Below, piece after piece: positions 37,924-46,746 of a stretch of DNA of 64,000 nucleotides. Source of the DNA: Candidatus Peregrinibacteria bacterium GW2011_GWA2_33_10 (lineage in GTDB: Bacteria > Patescibacteriota > Gracilibacteria > UBA1369 > GWC2-33-13). The stretch covers positions 22,832-86,831 of the forward strand of contig LBOO01000003.1 of NCBI GenBank assembly GCA_000989565.1, written 5' to 3'. The notes beneath the pieces are model-generated. The model was not told where the DNA came from, did not search any database, and saw nothing but the letters and a program-made list of their open reading frames with translations. A program made the position numbers and the translations under genes. Positions within the stretch are counted from its first letter, which is position 1, and every line of letters begins with the position of its first letter.

Positions 37924-37998
37924 GGCGCCATCGTCTAGTGGTTAGGACATCAGGTTTTCATCCTGGTAACAGGGGTTCGATTCCCCTTGGCGCTACCA
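37924..37998 (+). tRNA. tRNA-Glu (anticodon UUC), CCA encoded
   Basis: Same acceptor, D and T arms as the upstream copy. Anticodon stem UCAGG/CCUGG, loop UUUUCAU giving anticodon UUC. Confidence 0.92.
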
Positions 37999-38013
37999 TG
38001 TTTTTATAAGATT

Positions 38014-38418
38014 TTAGTTTCCATTGGGTGCGGAGATGATTATTTTGTTATTTTGGTCTTTTGCTATGGTATATCCTAAATTGTGATCTTTGCAGTTTTT
38101 GTAGTATGTGCCTTCCATATTTTGGTCAAAAGGAAGGGATGTTGTGTATTTCGGGATAAGAAGTTCGCAAATATTTACTTGGCCTTTAGACGATCCCATC
38201 AGGGTAGGCGTTTCATAAATTTGTTTTATGAATTCATCGTTGTTTTCTTTGGCATAGAGATCCATTAAATCAATTAGTTCCGTAACATCGCTTTGGCGTT
38301 GGTAATTTTTTATTTTTTTTAGCTGTTCTTTCGGATTAATAGTGAAAAAAATCCCAGACCCGAATATTATTATTAGAATTGTACCGAAAATTATATGGAT
38401 GATTTTTTGATTTTGCAT
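38014..38418 (-). CDS. Pilin-like protein lacking a canonical prepilin cleavage motif
   Basis: 134 aa. An N-terminal hydrophobic helix (IIHIIFGTILIIIFGSGIFF) is followed by INPKEQLKKIKNYQRQSDVTELIDLMDLYAKENNDEF, which resembles the alpha1-C segment of Gram-positive/CPR-type pilins. Two Cys residues lie in the C-terminal half. There is no G/A|FTLxE motif. Confidence 0.55.
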   Translation of the reverse strand: MQNQKIIHIIFGTILIIIFGSGIFFTINPKEQLKKIKNYQRQSDVTELIDLMDLYAKENNDEFIKQIYETPTLMGSSKGQVNICELLIPKYTTSLPFDQNMEGTYYKNCKDHNLGYTIAKDQNNKIIISAPNGN

Positions 38419-38435
38419 TTTTTATAAATTAATGA

Positions 38436-38642
38436 TTATTCATGAAGGATTTTTTTTATTTGGTCGTATTTTTGGATATCTATTTCAGGGAGTAAATAAG
38501 GAGCTGAAGCGTTTTCTGTTTTTTCGATTTCTGAGATTTTTTTTAAATAATTTTTAAACATTAAAATACTTATTATCATCAACAAAATGATGCTTATGGC
38601 CGTTAAATTTATGAGGATGTTTTTTTTCGATTGATTTATCAT
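38436..38642 (-). CDS. Small single-pass membrane protein in the pilus operon
   Basis: 68 aa with one TM (ILINLTAISIILLMIISILMF). Packed between the PilO-like and pilin-like genes. Confidence 0.5.
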   Translation of the reverse strand: MINQSKKNILINLTAISIILLMIISILMFKNYLKKISEIEKTENASAPYLLPEIDIQKYDQIKKILHE

Positions 38643-38645
38643 TTT

Positions 38646-39182
38646 TTATTTAATGGATAGAGAAATTAGAATTTTTATATTTTGCTCGTTGTCGTCATCC
38701 ACAAAATTAAATTGCTCGAAGCCGATAAGATAAGGTAATTGATATTCAATATCTGAAAGAAATTTTACCGCTTCATTAAAATCTCCTGATAATCCCAAAT
38801 TATATTTTACATTTTTCAAATCTGTACTATCGACGGCATCTTGAGATAATTGGATAGTTAGGTTTCTATTTTTTCCCACTTCTTCCAGTTTTTCAATAAA
38901 GTTGATTATTCCTTCTTCGCTTGGACGAATTTGTTGTAGTTTGTCGAATTTATCTTTATAGCTTTTATTGAAATTTTCTAAAGTGTTTTTGTAATTGTTA
39001 ATTATAAGATCTCTTTGATAATGAATGCTTTTTAGATTGACTAAAGAAGTATTGTATTTTTTTATTTTATAAACGGAAAAAATGCAGATTGACGCGGAAA
39101 TCAATATGACAATAAGCGCTAAAACAGGTGTTTTAGTTAATCGAAGGTAATTTATTTTTTTATATATATTTTGGGTACTCAT
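38646..39182 (-). CDS. PilO-like pilus assembly protein
   Basis: 178 aa: TM, coiled coil, then a C-terminal ferredoxin-like segment (LSGDFNEAVKFLSDIEYQLPYLIGFEQFNF). 4-nt overlap with the upstream PilM/N gene. Confidence 0.6.
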   Translation of the reverse strand: MSTQNIYKKINYLRLTKTPVLALIVILISASICIFSVYKIKKYNTSLVNLKSIHYQRDLIINNYKNTLENFNKSYKDKFDKLQQIRPSEEGIINFIEKLEEVGKNRNLTIQLSQDAVDSTDLKNVKYNLGLSGDFNEAVKFLSDIEYQLPYLIGFEQFNFVDDDNEQNIKILISLSIK

Positions 39183-40690
39183 TTTTTTACGTTTTGATTA
39201 GAATTTATCATTGCATAGGGTGGCAGTTTTTGGTCATTTATGGATATTTTCGCGATAAATGAAATTTTACCTTTTTGCACCAGCGATGCTAAAGGCAGAT
39301 CAATGCTTTTTTGCAGCGGGTAGCTCTCCAAACTTTTTTTCAAGGCAATTACTGCGTTTCTATCAGGAGCAATGCCGTCTAAAAGTATTAATTGGCTATT
39401 TCTGTCAAAATTAATTTTGGTGATTTTAATGTTTTTTGGTACGTAGTCACGAAATTCTTGGAGAAAAGTTGATAAGGAATATAATGTTTTTTCAATTTTT
39501 TGTTCTGTAATTACCTCGGAATTAAATTTTTGAATATTGTCCCGTAAAGTTTGATAGTTTCCGCCTGATTCTATCCGGTCAATAGAATTTTTTGTAATCT
39601 GATAATATTTTTCCTGATAGTTTAAGTCAGCCCAAGTAATAATACTAAAATAAATTGCCAATAAGCCATAAATTATTAAAAATGAACTGATTAAATTAGT
39701 CAGTAAAACAAATTTTTGGATTAATTTTTGTTCTTTAATATTTTCAGGTATCAAATTTATATTATTTTGGTTATCTAAAGCCAAACCTATGGCTGAGGCG
39801 AAGGAAATAGCTTTTTCTTTGCTAATTTCGGGTTTTTTATTGATTCTTTCAATAATTTTAGGTTTTACATGGATTTGTGTCCAAGGATTGCCGAGCTCCA
39901 CTTCACGCGGAAAAATATTTTTTATTTGATTAAAAATTTCATTATTTGATAGAGCGCTGCCGTTCAAAATCGTTTTATTTATTTTTTCAGGAAATTTTTG
40001 GATAAAGTTTTTAATTTGTTCTAAAATATTTTCTATATCGGACAAATTTATATGCAGATAATCAGTTATTTGAATTTTTTGATTTTTGAGAATTATTAAA
40101 GAAAGAATTGTGGAATCAATGTCGCAAATTAAAACGTTATCCTGAATGTTTTTTTTCTTTTTTGACTTAAACGCATTAATAATTGCGTTATTTTTTAGAT
40201 TAAAGGTTGTTGGATTCAGATTGCAGCTTTCCAAAATTTGTAAAAATTGATCAGCTATATTTTTTTCAACGCAGGCAAACAGTACTTTTTTTTCTGCTTT
40301 GTTTTCATTAATTATTTGATAATCAAAATATAATGAAGAAATCGGAATCGGAATAATTTTTTCCGCTTCAAATAAAAGCGCGTTTTTTAAATCATTGTTG
40401 GAGATTTTAACCGGAAGATTAAAAATGTGGATAAAGGTTTTGCTTGTGGGAATTGAACAGTGAACAGTTATATCGGCCGGTATTGGTGTAGGGATAGCGG
40501 TTGTCAACAAATTTTTAATGTTTTCCGTTAAAAGTATCGAATTTATGGTTTTATTTTCATTAATAAATGGCTGAGTAAGATTAATGTTATTTATGGATAC
40601 CAGTTCTTTTCGCGAAAATGTTTTTTTGATCAATATCGCGGTGATGTTTTGTTCCTGTATGTCTAAGCCTAATGTATAAGAATTAAACAA
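39179..40690 (-). CDS. PilM-PilN fusion (actin-like pilus assembly ATPase fold + TM + PilN-like domain)
   Basis: 503 aa. The N-terminus LGLDIQEQNITAILIKK is PilM-like. TM around residues 330-352. The C-terminus ITKINFDRNSQLILLDGIAPDRNAVIALKKSLE is PilN-like. Confidence 0.7.
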   Translation of the reverse strand: MFNSYTLGLDIQEQNITAILIKKTFSRKELVSINNINLTQPFINENKTINSILLTENIKNLLTTAIPTPIPADITVHCSIPTSKTFIHIFNLPVKISNNDLKNALLFEAEKIIPIPISSLYFDYQIINENKAEKKVLFACVEKNIADQFLQILESCNLNPTTFNLKNNAIINAFKSKKKKNIQDNVLICDIDSTILSLIILKNQKIQITDYLHINLSDIENILEQIKNFIQKFPEKINKTILNGSALSNNEIFNQIKNIFPREVELGNPWTQIHVKPKIIERINKKPEISKEKAISFASAIGLALDNQNNINLIPENIKEQKLIQKFVLLTNLISSFLIIYGLLAIYFSIITWADLNYQEKYYQITKNSIDRIESGGNYQTLRDNIQKFNSEVITEQKIEKTLYSLSTFLQEFRDYVPKNIKITKINFDRNSQLILLDGIAPDRNAVIALKKSLESYPLQKSIDLPLASLVQKGKISFIAKISINDQKLPPYAMINSNQNVKK

Positions 40691-40715
40691 TGTTATTATT
40701 TAAGTTAATAGATAT

Positions 40716-41108
40716 TTATTGTTCAGTAAAATTAATGATTTTTATGCTGCGATAATTTTCATTGGTGGAAATTATTGTTTCTATAATAAGATTTTTGGTG
40801 ATTTTGTTCTCAATTATTTCGATTTCAATTGTTTTATTCGGATCTGTCCCACTGATATTGATAGTACAAGTTTGATTGTTATAATTCAAGGTTCCACCTA
40901 TATATGTCGCGGAATTTTTTAATCTGAATAAAGCTTCTTCGGCACAAGTATTTGAATAAATGGAGCTTAAATTCGATTTGTTTATAATATGGCTTTTTTG
41001 GAGATTAATAATATTTATTTTGGCTATAGTGCCGGTGATAAGTACTAAGAAAGCCGTAAAAATCAGGACAGTCAAGAGCATTATGCCGGCTTTTTTGTGA
41101 TTTACCAT
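40716..41108 (-). CDS. PilX-like minor pilin/pseudopilin
   Basis: 130 aa. KKAG|IMLLTVLIFTAFLVLITG N-terminal helix with no Glu at +5, as is typical of PilX_N. Confidence 0.55.
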   Translation of the reverse strand: MVNHKKAGIMLLTVLIFTAFLVLITGTIAKINIINLQKSHIINKSNLSSIYSNTCAEEALFRLKNSATYIGGTLNYNNQTCTINISGTDPNKTIEIEIIENKITKNLIIETIISTNENYRSIKIINFTEQ

Positions 41109-41608
41109 ATTCTTTGGGTGAAGATTTGTTTAAAGGTTTCGATTTCTTTACCTTTATGCAATGTTAATTGAATTTGGATGCTGTTTGGTTCATTTGGGGT
41201 ATTCAATCGATGAAAAGTAAGGCCGGAAACTTCAATGTCGCTGCTGTTTAAAGTTATTTCATCATTTGTTCCGGTTATCAGAAACAGATTTTTGTTTTCA
41301 ATAAGAAATCTTGTTGGATTTTTTGTTGTGTCGTTCATGATTAAGATTAATGCGCCGGGATTTGTGTCAAAAATCGAGGTGCTTTCGTTTATTGTTTTTG
41401 CCGAGTGGATTTGACGGCCTATTTCATTCAGAATCAAATGTCCGTTTTCGTGGATGCTTTCTTTTATAAAATTATCTTTTTTATGCATCATGCTGTTGAT
41501 TGTGATTTGAAAGATTATAGTGAGTATTACGGAAATGATGCCGAGGTAAATGAGGGTTTCGGGGAGGGTGAAGGCTTTGGAGTCCGTAATTTGATTGTTT
41601 TTATTCAT
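41102..41608 (-). CDS. Prepilin-type N-terminal cleavage/methylation domain protein (minor pilin)
   Basis: 168 aa. SKA|FTLPETLIYLGIISVILTIIF is a class III signal with Glu at +5. Confidence 0.7.
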   Translation of the reverse strand: MNKNNQITDSKAFTLPETLIYLGIISVILTIIFQITINSMMHKKDNFIKESIHENGHLILNEIGRQIHSAKTINESTSIFDTNPGALILIMNDTTKNPTRFLIENKNLFLITGTNDEITLNSSDIEVSGLTFHRLNTPNEPNSIQIQLTLHKGKEIETFKQIFTQRIW

Positions 41609-41610
41609 TT

Positions 41611-43491
41611 TTAATTGTTGCGGAAGTTGAATTGAAGTTCGTTTAAGATAGGAGAACTATTGGAATCTCCCGTGAAATAAGCTCGATATTGGAAATATCT
41701 TGGAGTGGTTGGAGTTCCGGGAAGAAGGATTTTTGTAAACGGATTTGTGTAATAGGATGTATTTGTCGCATCAGGTCCGATAAATTCTGTGGATAAAAGG
41801 TCTGTATATGAATTCGCGGTTCGAATTTGGAATTTCAGATTGCCTCCCGGAGAGTTTAAATAACTGACAAATAAATTGTAATAAACAGTAGTTAGTGAAC
41901 CTGTATCAAAAATTCTTGAAGTGAAATCTCCGGATACGGCGAATTCTTCAACGGGCGGACCTATAATCACGAATCCTCGATTGGAATTGGTGGTGGCCAT
42001 ATAAATATATTCTCCGGCCGCGATAAAACCTCGTCCTTTGCCTTGAATATCTTGAGCAAATAAAAAATCAGGATTTAAATCGTCTTCACTTTTATCAAGG
42101 ATGGCTATTCCGGCATTATTTTTATCTGTAGAAACAAATATAAAATCACCAAAAACATCGACTCTGAATCCTGCGGCTTCGATATCTATGGAGCGGATAT
42201 ATTGTGGATTAGCGAGTTCGTTAAGACTTATTACCGCCAAGCCGTTAGTATTATTATCAACCGCCATGTAGGCTTTATTGTCGCTTAAAGTGATTCCTTT
42301 GCCTTTTCCGTAAATAAAGTCGACATCAATAGATTCAGGATTATCCGGATCCGAAATATCATATGTCATTAAACCGGTTAGCATATGTTCATTAGCCAGA
42401 TAAGCGTAATTGTCGCGAACAGCAATGCTGTTGACACTGCCAAGAGTCAATGCCTCTCCTCTTTTTTGGGGATTTAAAGGATCGGATATATCCATGATTA
42501 TCATGCCTCGAAGCATATTTTCCACAGCTAAATAAGCAAAGTTGTCTTTTATACTGATGTCGTTAATTGTGGCGCCGAGATTGATAGTTTTTATTATTTG
42601 CGGATTAAGAGGGTCAGCGATATTCACGATCACTAAACTTTTAGATGCTTGTTTTGTGCCTATAAACGCGTAATTGTCTTTTATGTCAATGCAGGCGCCT
42701 CTAGTTTGAATATTTAAACTTTTTACCAGAGAAGGATTTTGTGGATCGCTGATGTCCACGACTTGAAATCCTTTTGTATTACTATCAACAGCAATGAATG
42801 CGTAATTACTTTGAACTTCGACATCATTCGCGGCTGCTTCAAGTTTTACCGATGATGTAAATCCTGAAGGGGAAAAAATTACACTTAAAGTTATGGCTCC
42901 ATTATTTTCCGGTGGCGTTTCACTGTTTATTATTTCCACACTATTTAAAGTTCCTTGGTTAAATTCCGTAGTTAAGTTGTCGCCCAGAGTATTATTTTGC
43001 CAATTTGTCAGGATTGATTGTGAATTAATTTGACGCGGGGGTAAATGAGCGGGTTTCCAGGAAATTTCACAAATGGCTTTTTTGCTATGAAGATCAAGAG
43101 TTCCCGTGTCAGCGATATTTAAGTCATTATCACGGAAAATATCTGAAATTGTAATTGCGCGGGTATATTTGTTATCAATGATTTCATTTCCGGCAACCAG
43201 ATTTATATTTCCCGATGAAAAGTTTAATCCGAAAGTTCCGTTTTGTAATAGAGAAAAATCCGTATCCCTGACATGCCTTACTGCTTCAAAACATTCTCGC
43301 AAGAGTGAGTACGCGGCATTTTGTTCAAATCGTCTTTGTTGGGCTTGAATAGAATAAAAAAGTAAATTAATCGCTGCCAGAGTAATTATTGAAAAAATTA
43401 ACACAGCGAGCAGTACTTCAAGGAGAACTTGACCTTTTTTTTGAAAAATTAATTTGATTCGATCAGCCAAGCGCTGAGCTGGAAATTTCAT
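41611..43491 (-). CDS. Large PilV-like prepilin carrying seven LVIVD-type repeats (candidate beta-propeller) and a ~110-aa C-terminal domain
   Basis: 626 aa. KKG|QVLLEVLLAVLIFSIITLA is a class III signal. Residues ~215-512 hold seven repeats of the form [YF]A[YF][IL]A...G[FLM].[IV][IVM]DISDP.NP, e.g. YAFIAVDSNTKGFQVVDISDPQNP and FAYLAVENMLRGMIIMDISDPLNP. Confidence 0.8.
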   Translation of the reverse strand: MKFPAQRLADRIKLIFQKKGQVLLEVLLAVLIFSIITLAAINLLFYSIQAQQRRFEQNAAYSLLRECFEAVRHVRDTDFSLLQNGTFGLNFSSGNINLVAGNEIIDNKYTRAITISDIFRDNDLNIADTGTLDLHSKKAICEISWKPAHLPPRQINSQSILTNWQNNTLGDNLTTEFNQGTLNSVEIINSETPPENNGAITLSVIFSPSGFTSSVKLEAAANDVEVQSNYAFIAVDSNTKGFQVVDISDPQNPSLVKSLNIQTRGACIDIKDNYAFIGTKQASKSLVIVNIADPLNPQIIKTINLGATINDISIKDNFAYLAVENMLRGMIIMDISDPLNPQKRGEALTLGSVNSIAVRDNYAYLANEHMLTGLMTYDISDPDNPESIDVDFIYGKGKGITLSDNKAYMAVDNNTNGLAVISLNELANPQYIRSIDIEAAGFRVDVFGDFIFVSTDKNNAGIAILDKSEDDLNPDFLFAQDIQGKGRGFIAAGEYIYMATTNSNRGFVIIGPPVEEFAVSGDFTSRIFDTGSLTTVYYNLFVSYLNSPGGNLKFQIRTANSYTDLLSTEFIGPDATNTSYYTNPFTKILLPGTPTTPRYFQYRAYFTGDSNSSPILNELQFNFRNN

Positions 43492-44677
43492 AAATTGGTG
43501 CGATAATGGCTACTGCCAGACCTCCGACAGATACGCCCATGATTAATAAAAGTATGGGTTCCAAAAGAGTGGATAGATTTTTTGTGGCTTGAGAAACTTC
43601 TTTTTCATATAATTTTGCCAAATGGGATGAAGTTTTTGATAAATTGCCGATCTGTTCGCCTACAGCGATCATTTTCGATACCATTGGAGGGAATAATTTT
43701 TTGTGTGATCCAAGAGCTTCGGATAAAGAGCCTCCTTGTTGGATTTTTTCTCCTGCTTCTCTAATTACTTTTTGATATTGGTAATTACTCAGAGTGTCAG
43801 CTGTGATATTAATTGCTTCAACTATCGGCGTGCCGCTTTGAATCAATGAAGAAAATGTGCGTGAAAACAGACTGATATTTGTTTTTTTCAATAGATTTCC
43901 GAAAATCGGAAGTTTAAGATAAAGCAAATGAATAATAGGTCTGATTGTTTTTGTTTTTATGGAGATTCTAAAGCCTGTGATTAAACCAAAAACCCCGATT
44001 ATAATAAGTAAATAATGAGCGCGAATAAATTCACTGATATTCATGACTATTTGAGTCGATCTTGGAAGTTTTGTGTCAAATGTGCTTAAAATATCCATTA
44101 TTTTAGGCATGGTGAAAGTCATTAAAAATAAGATCAATAATACTGTCATGGATAATAAAATAGCCGGATAAATAAAAGCACCGATTAATTTTTTACGCGT
44201 TTCATATGTTTTTTCCATTTGTCTTGTGAGATATGTTAAAGAGTCGCTTAAGGTTCCCGAGCTTTCTCCGATTCGGATCATGCTTAACGCCATTGTTGAA
44301 AATACGCTTGGATAACAGGCAAATGTGGCAAATAACGATAAACCGCTTTTTAAATTCGCATGAGCTTCTTTTAATATTTTACTGAAATTTTTGTTTTCTG
44401 TTTGATCGCTCAATGTTTCAATGCTTTCAGAGATGGTTAATCCGGCGTCTAACATTGATGATAAGTGTTTGAAAAAAATCACTTTTTCGAGCATTGCCAC
44501 TTTTACGTCAAAATGAAAGAATTTTTTAAACCATGTTTTTCTTTCTTCATTGATGTTGAGGACAATTAAAGATAGTTTCTGCAATTCTTGAATCGCTTTT
44601 CCTTTATCTTCGGAAACTATATTGTCTTCAACAATTTTTCCGGTTAGTGTTGATGCTTTGTAGTGAAAAGTTGGCAA
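43463..44677 (-). CDS. pilC: Type IV pilus platform protein PilC (GspF family)
   Basis: 404 aa. Two T2SSF-type repeats, each followed by TM helices (LSSMLDAGLTISESIETL and FSSLIQSGTPIVEAINI). Confidence 0.9.
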   Translation of the reverse strand: MPTFHYKASTLTGKIVEDNIVSEDKGKAIQELQKLSLIVLNINEERKTWFKKFFHFDVKVAMLEKVIFFKHLSSMLDAGLTISESIETLSDQTENKNFSKILKEAHANLKSGLSLFATFACYPSVFSTMALSMIRIGESSGTLSDSLTYLTRQMEKTYETRKKLIGAFIYPAILLSMTVLLILFLMTFTMPKIMDILSTFDTKLPRSTQIVMNISEFIRAHYLLIIIGVFGLITGFRISIKTKTIRPIIHLLYLKLPIFGNLLKKTNISLFSRTFSSLIQSGTPIVEAINITADTLSNYQYQKVIREAGEKIQQGGSLSEALGSHKKLFPPMVSKMIAVGEQIGNLSKTSSHLAKLYEKEVSQATKNLSTLLEPILLLIMGVSVGGLAVAIIAPIYEISSSALG

Positions 44678-44704
44678 GGTAATTTGTTAATTTTAATTAT
44701 TTAT

Positions 44705-46414
44705 TTATTCTCGAATCACTCTGAGGATTTCTTCCAGGGAGGTGCTACCGTTGAGGGCTTTTTCAATTCCGTCTTCAAACATGCTTTGAAATCCGTTTTG
44801 TTCAGCGCTTAACGCTATTTCTTCGGGTGTTTTGTTGTGCATGATCAGGTCTTTGATAATATCGTTTATGACAATTACTTCCGAAATACATGTTCTGCCT
44901 TTGTATCCCGTATTATTGCAAAGTTTGCATCCATATGCTTTGTAAAAATAGATTTCTTCAATATTGACTGCTTTTTTTTTGAATATGTTATGTAATAATT
45001 CGATTGAACTGACATTAAGTTTTAAACTTTCAGCCAGTTTTACCAATTCTTTTTTGTTCAGCATGTATTTTTCTTTGCACCCGTCGCAGATTTTTCTGAT
45101 TAATCTTTGAGCGATTGTCATAATTACTGTGGAACTGACTAAAAAAGGCTCTACTCCCATTTCTATTAAACGAACCAAAGTAGATGCCGCATTGTTGGTA
45201 TGTAAAGTGGCTAGAACCAAATGTCCGGTTAGGGCTGCGTTTACGGCTATTGTGGCAGTTTCGTTGTCGCGGATTTCTCCGACCATTATGATGTCCGGAT
45301 CTTGGCGCAATAAAGATCTTAAACCGGCGGAAAAGGTTAAACGGGTTTCAGTATTTACTTGAATTTGATTAACACCTTCCAAACGATATTCAATTGGATC
45401 TTCAATTGTGGCTATGTTTACTTCTCTGCTATTTAATTCGCGGAGAATGGCATATAAAGCCGTGGTTTTTCCGGATCCGGTAGGGCCGGTTACCAGAATC
45501 ATGCCGTGAGTTTTACGAATATTATCTTCAATTCGCAGAAGATTAAATTTATTGTAACCTAAATCTTCCAATGTTAGGGTTTTATTTTGAGGAGCAAGAA
45601 GGCGAAGAACTATTTTTTCTCCGTCATAAATCGGAACTATGGAAACTCTAAGAGTTAAATCATCATTATCGATTTCAATTTTGAATCTGCCGTCTTGAGG
45701 AGCGCGGTGCTCATCGGTGTGCAGATTGGACAATACTTTGATACGCGTGGTGATTAATTCTTGTACTTCTTTCGGTAAATTTATAATGTCGTGAAGAAGA
45801 CCATCCATGCGAAAGCGCACTAGAACACTTTTTTTCTGAGGTTCAATATGAATGTCCGATGCTTTGCCTTCGTAAGCCAAAATAATGAGCGAGTCCAAAA
45901 GTTTGGAAACATCTTTTAAAGACTCAATTTCATCAGGATTTTTAAGAATGTTTTTCAATAATTTATCGAAACGGTCATGTATGTCTTTGTTGTAAGCTTT
46001 TAATTGATTTTTAATTTCCGAGGGAGTGGTGTAGTAAATAATAATTTTTAGTCCTGTTTTTTGTTGAATGAAAGAAAAACCTTCTTGGTTTTCCGGGTTT
46101 GAGGTAGCTATAAAAAGTTTATCTTTATTTTTGTCGAAAGCTATAATTTGTTGATTTTGAGCAACAGAAAAAGGGATTTCCAGTAAAATGTTTTCCGGAA
46201 TTACTCGATTTGATAAGTTAATGAATTTTGTTTTAAAAAGATCAGCGATTAAGGTTCCTAATTTTTCTTCAGATAAGATGTTGTGCTCAATGATTTTTTC
46301 TTCCAAAGATTTATGGTCTTCCGCGATCTCTTTTAAACAGGTATCTAATTGAGCTTTAACAATTAAATTGTTTTCAAGTAAATAAGCGCTAAGTTTTTTG
46401 GTTTCGACAGACAT
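44705..46414 (-). CDS. pilB: Type IV pilus assembly ATPase PilB (GspE family)
   Basis: 569 aa. N-terminal T2SSE_N-like domain, Walker A GPTGSGKTT, Asp box, Walker B IMVGEIRD, His box ATLHTN, and a tetracysteine motif CDGC...CKLC. Confidence 0.93.
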   Translation of the reverse strand: MSVETKKLSAYLLENNLIVKAQLDTCLKEIAEDHKSLEEKIIEHNILSEEKLGTLIADLFKTKFINLSNRVIPENILLEIPFSVAQNQQIIAFDKNKDKLFIATSNPENQEGFSFIQQKTGLKIIIYYTTPSEIKNQLKAYNKDIHDRFDKLLKNILKNPDEIESLKDVSKLLDSLIILAYEGKASDIHIEPQKKSVLVRFRMDGLLHDIINLPKEVQELITTRIKVLSNLHTDEHRAPQDGRFKIEIDNDDLTLRVSIVPIYDGEKIVLRLLAPQNKTLTLEDLGYNKFNLLRIEDNIRKTHGMILVTGPTGSGKTTALYAILRELNSREVNIATIEDPIEYRLEGVNQIQVNTETRLTFSAGLRSLLRQDPDIIMVGEIRDNETATIAVNAALTGHLVLATLHTNNAASTLVRLIEMGVEPFLVSSTVIMTIAQRLIRKICDGCKEKYMLNKKELVKLAESLKLNVSSIELLHNIFKKKAVNIEEIYFYKAYGCKLCNNTGYKGRTCISEVIVINDIIKDLIMHNKTPEEIALSAEQNGFQSMFEDGIEKALNGSTSLEEILRVIRE

Positions 46415-46534
46415 TTTGATTTTTTTGTTTTTGTTTTATATATTTTAGCATGAAATAGATGATTTTTAAAGGGAATCAGTGGTAATTCACTCATTATAAT
46501 CAGAAGGAGAATAGTGTCATTACTATCCCTCCCC

Positions 46535-46563
46535 TTGACTTTTCCCAAAATAAAAATTACTAT
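46535..46563 (+). promoter_or_regulatory. Candidate promoter of the rpmH operon: TTGACT-17 nt-TACTAT
   Basis: Read directly, about 45 nt upstream of the rpmH ATG. Confidence 0.35.
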
Positions 46564-46607
46564 CACAAAGCAAAAAAACAACAAATATAATTTAAATAAT
46601 AACTGAA

Positions 46608-46745
46608 ATGCAAAGCAAAAGATCAAATGTTCGCCGCCAACGCCGTCATGGATTCTTAAAAAGAATGAGTACCAAAAACGGTCGTCGTGTGCTTGCTTCT
46701 CGCCGAAGAAAAGGACGAGCGCAATTAACACCAACATATAATTAA
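46608..46745 (+). CDS. rpmH: 50S ribosomal protein L34
   Basis: Below the ORF-track size cut-off. My translation is [45 protein letters not shown], which contains the L34 signature ..HGF..RM.TKNGR.VL..RR.KGR. The canonical rpmH-rnpA-yidC-jag order follows. Confidence 0.92.
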   Translation: MQSKRSNVRRQRRHGFLKRMSTKNGRRVLASRRRKGRAQLTPTYN

Positions 46746-46746
46746 T

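Noticed and set aside
37738-46414. Genomic island integrated at tRNA-Glu and carrying the pilus operon
   Set aside because: There is no integrase, no direct repeat of a tRNA 3' end, and no visible composition change. The tRNAs and the operon are on opposite strands and appear simply adjacent.
46415-46607. Possible oriC next to rpmH-rnpA-yidC-jag, at a divergent strand switch
   Set aside because: There is no dnaA nearby. I found no TTATCCACA-like DnaA boxes in the 193-nt gap. Gene strand switches many times across the window, so this switch is not informative.
46363-46737. 124-aa minus-strand ORF in the pilB-rnpA gap
   Set aside because: It is antisense to a clear rpmH (L34) gene at 46608..46745 and to its promoter region. 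Its translation is hydrophobic, low-complexity sequence.
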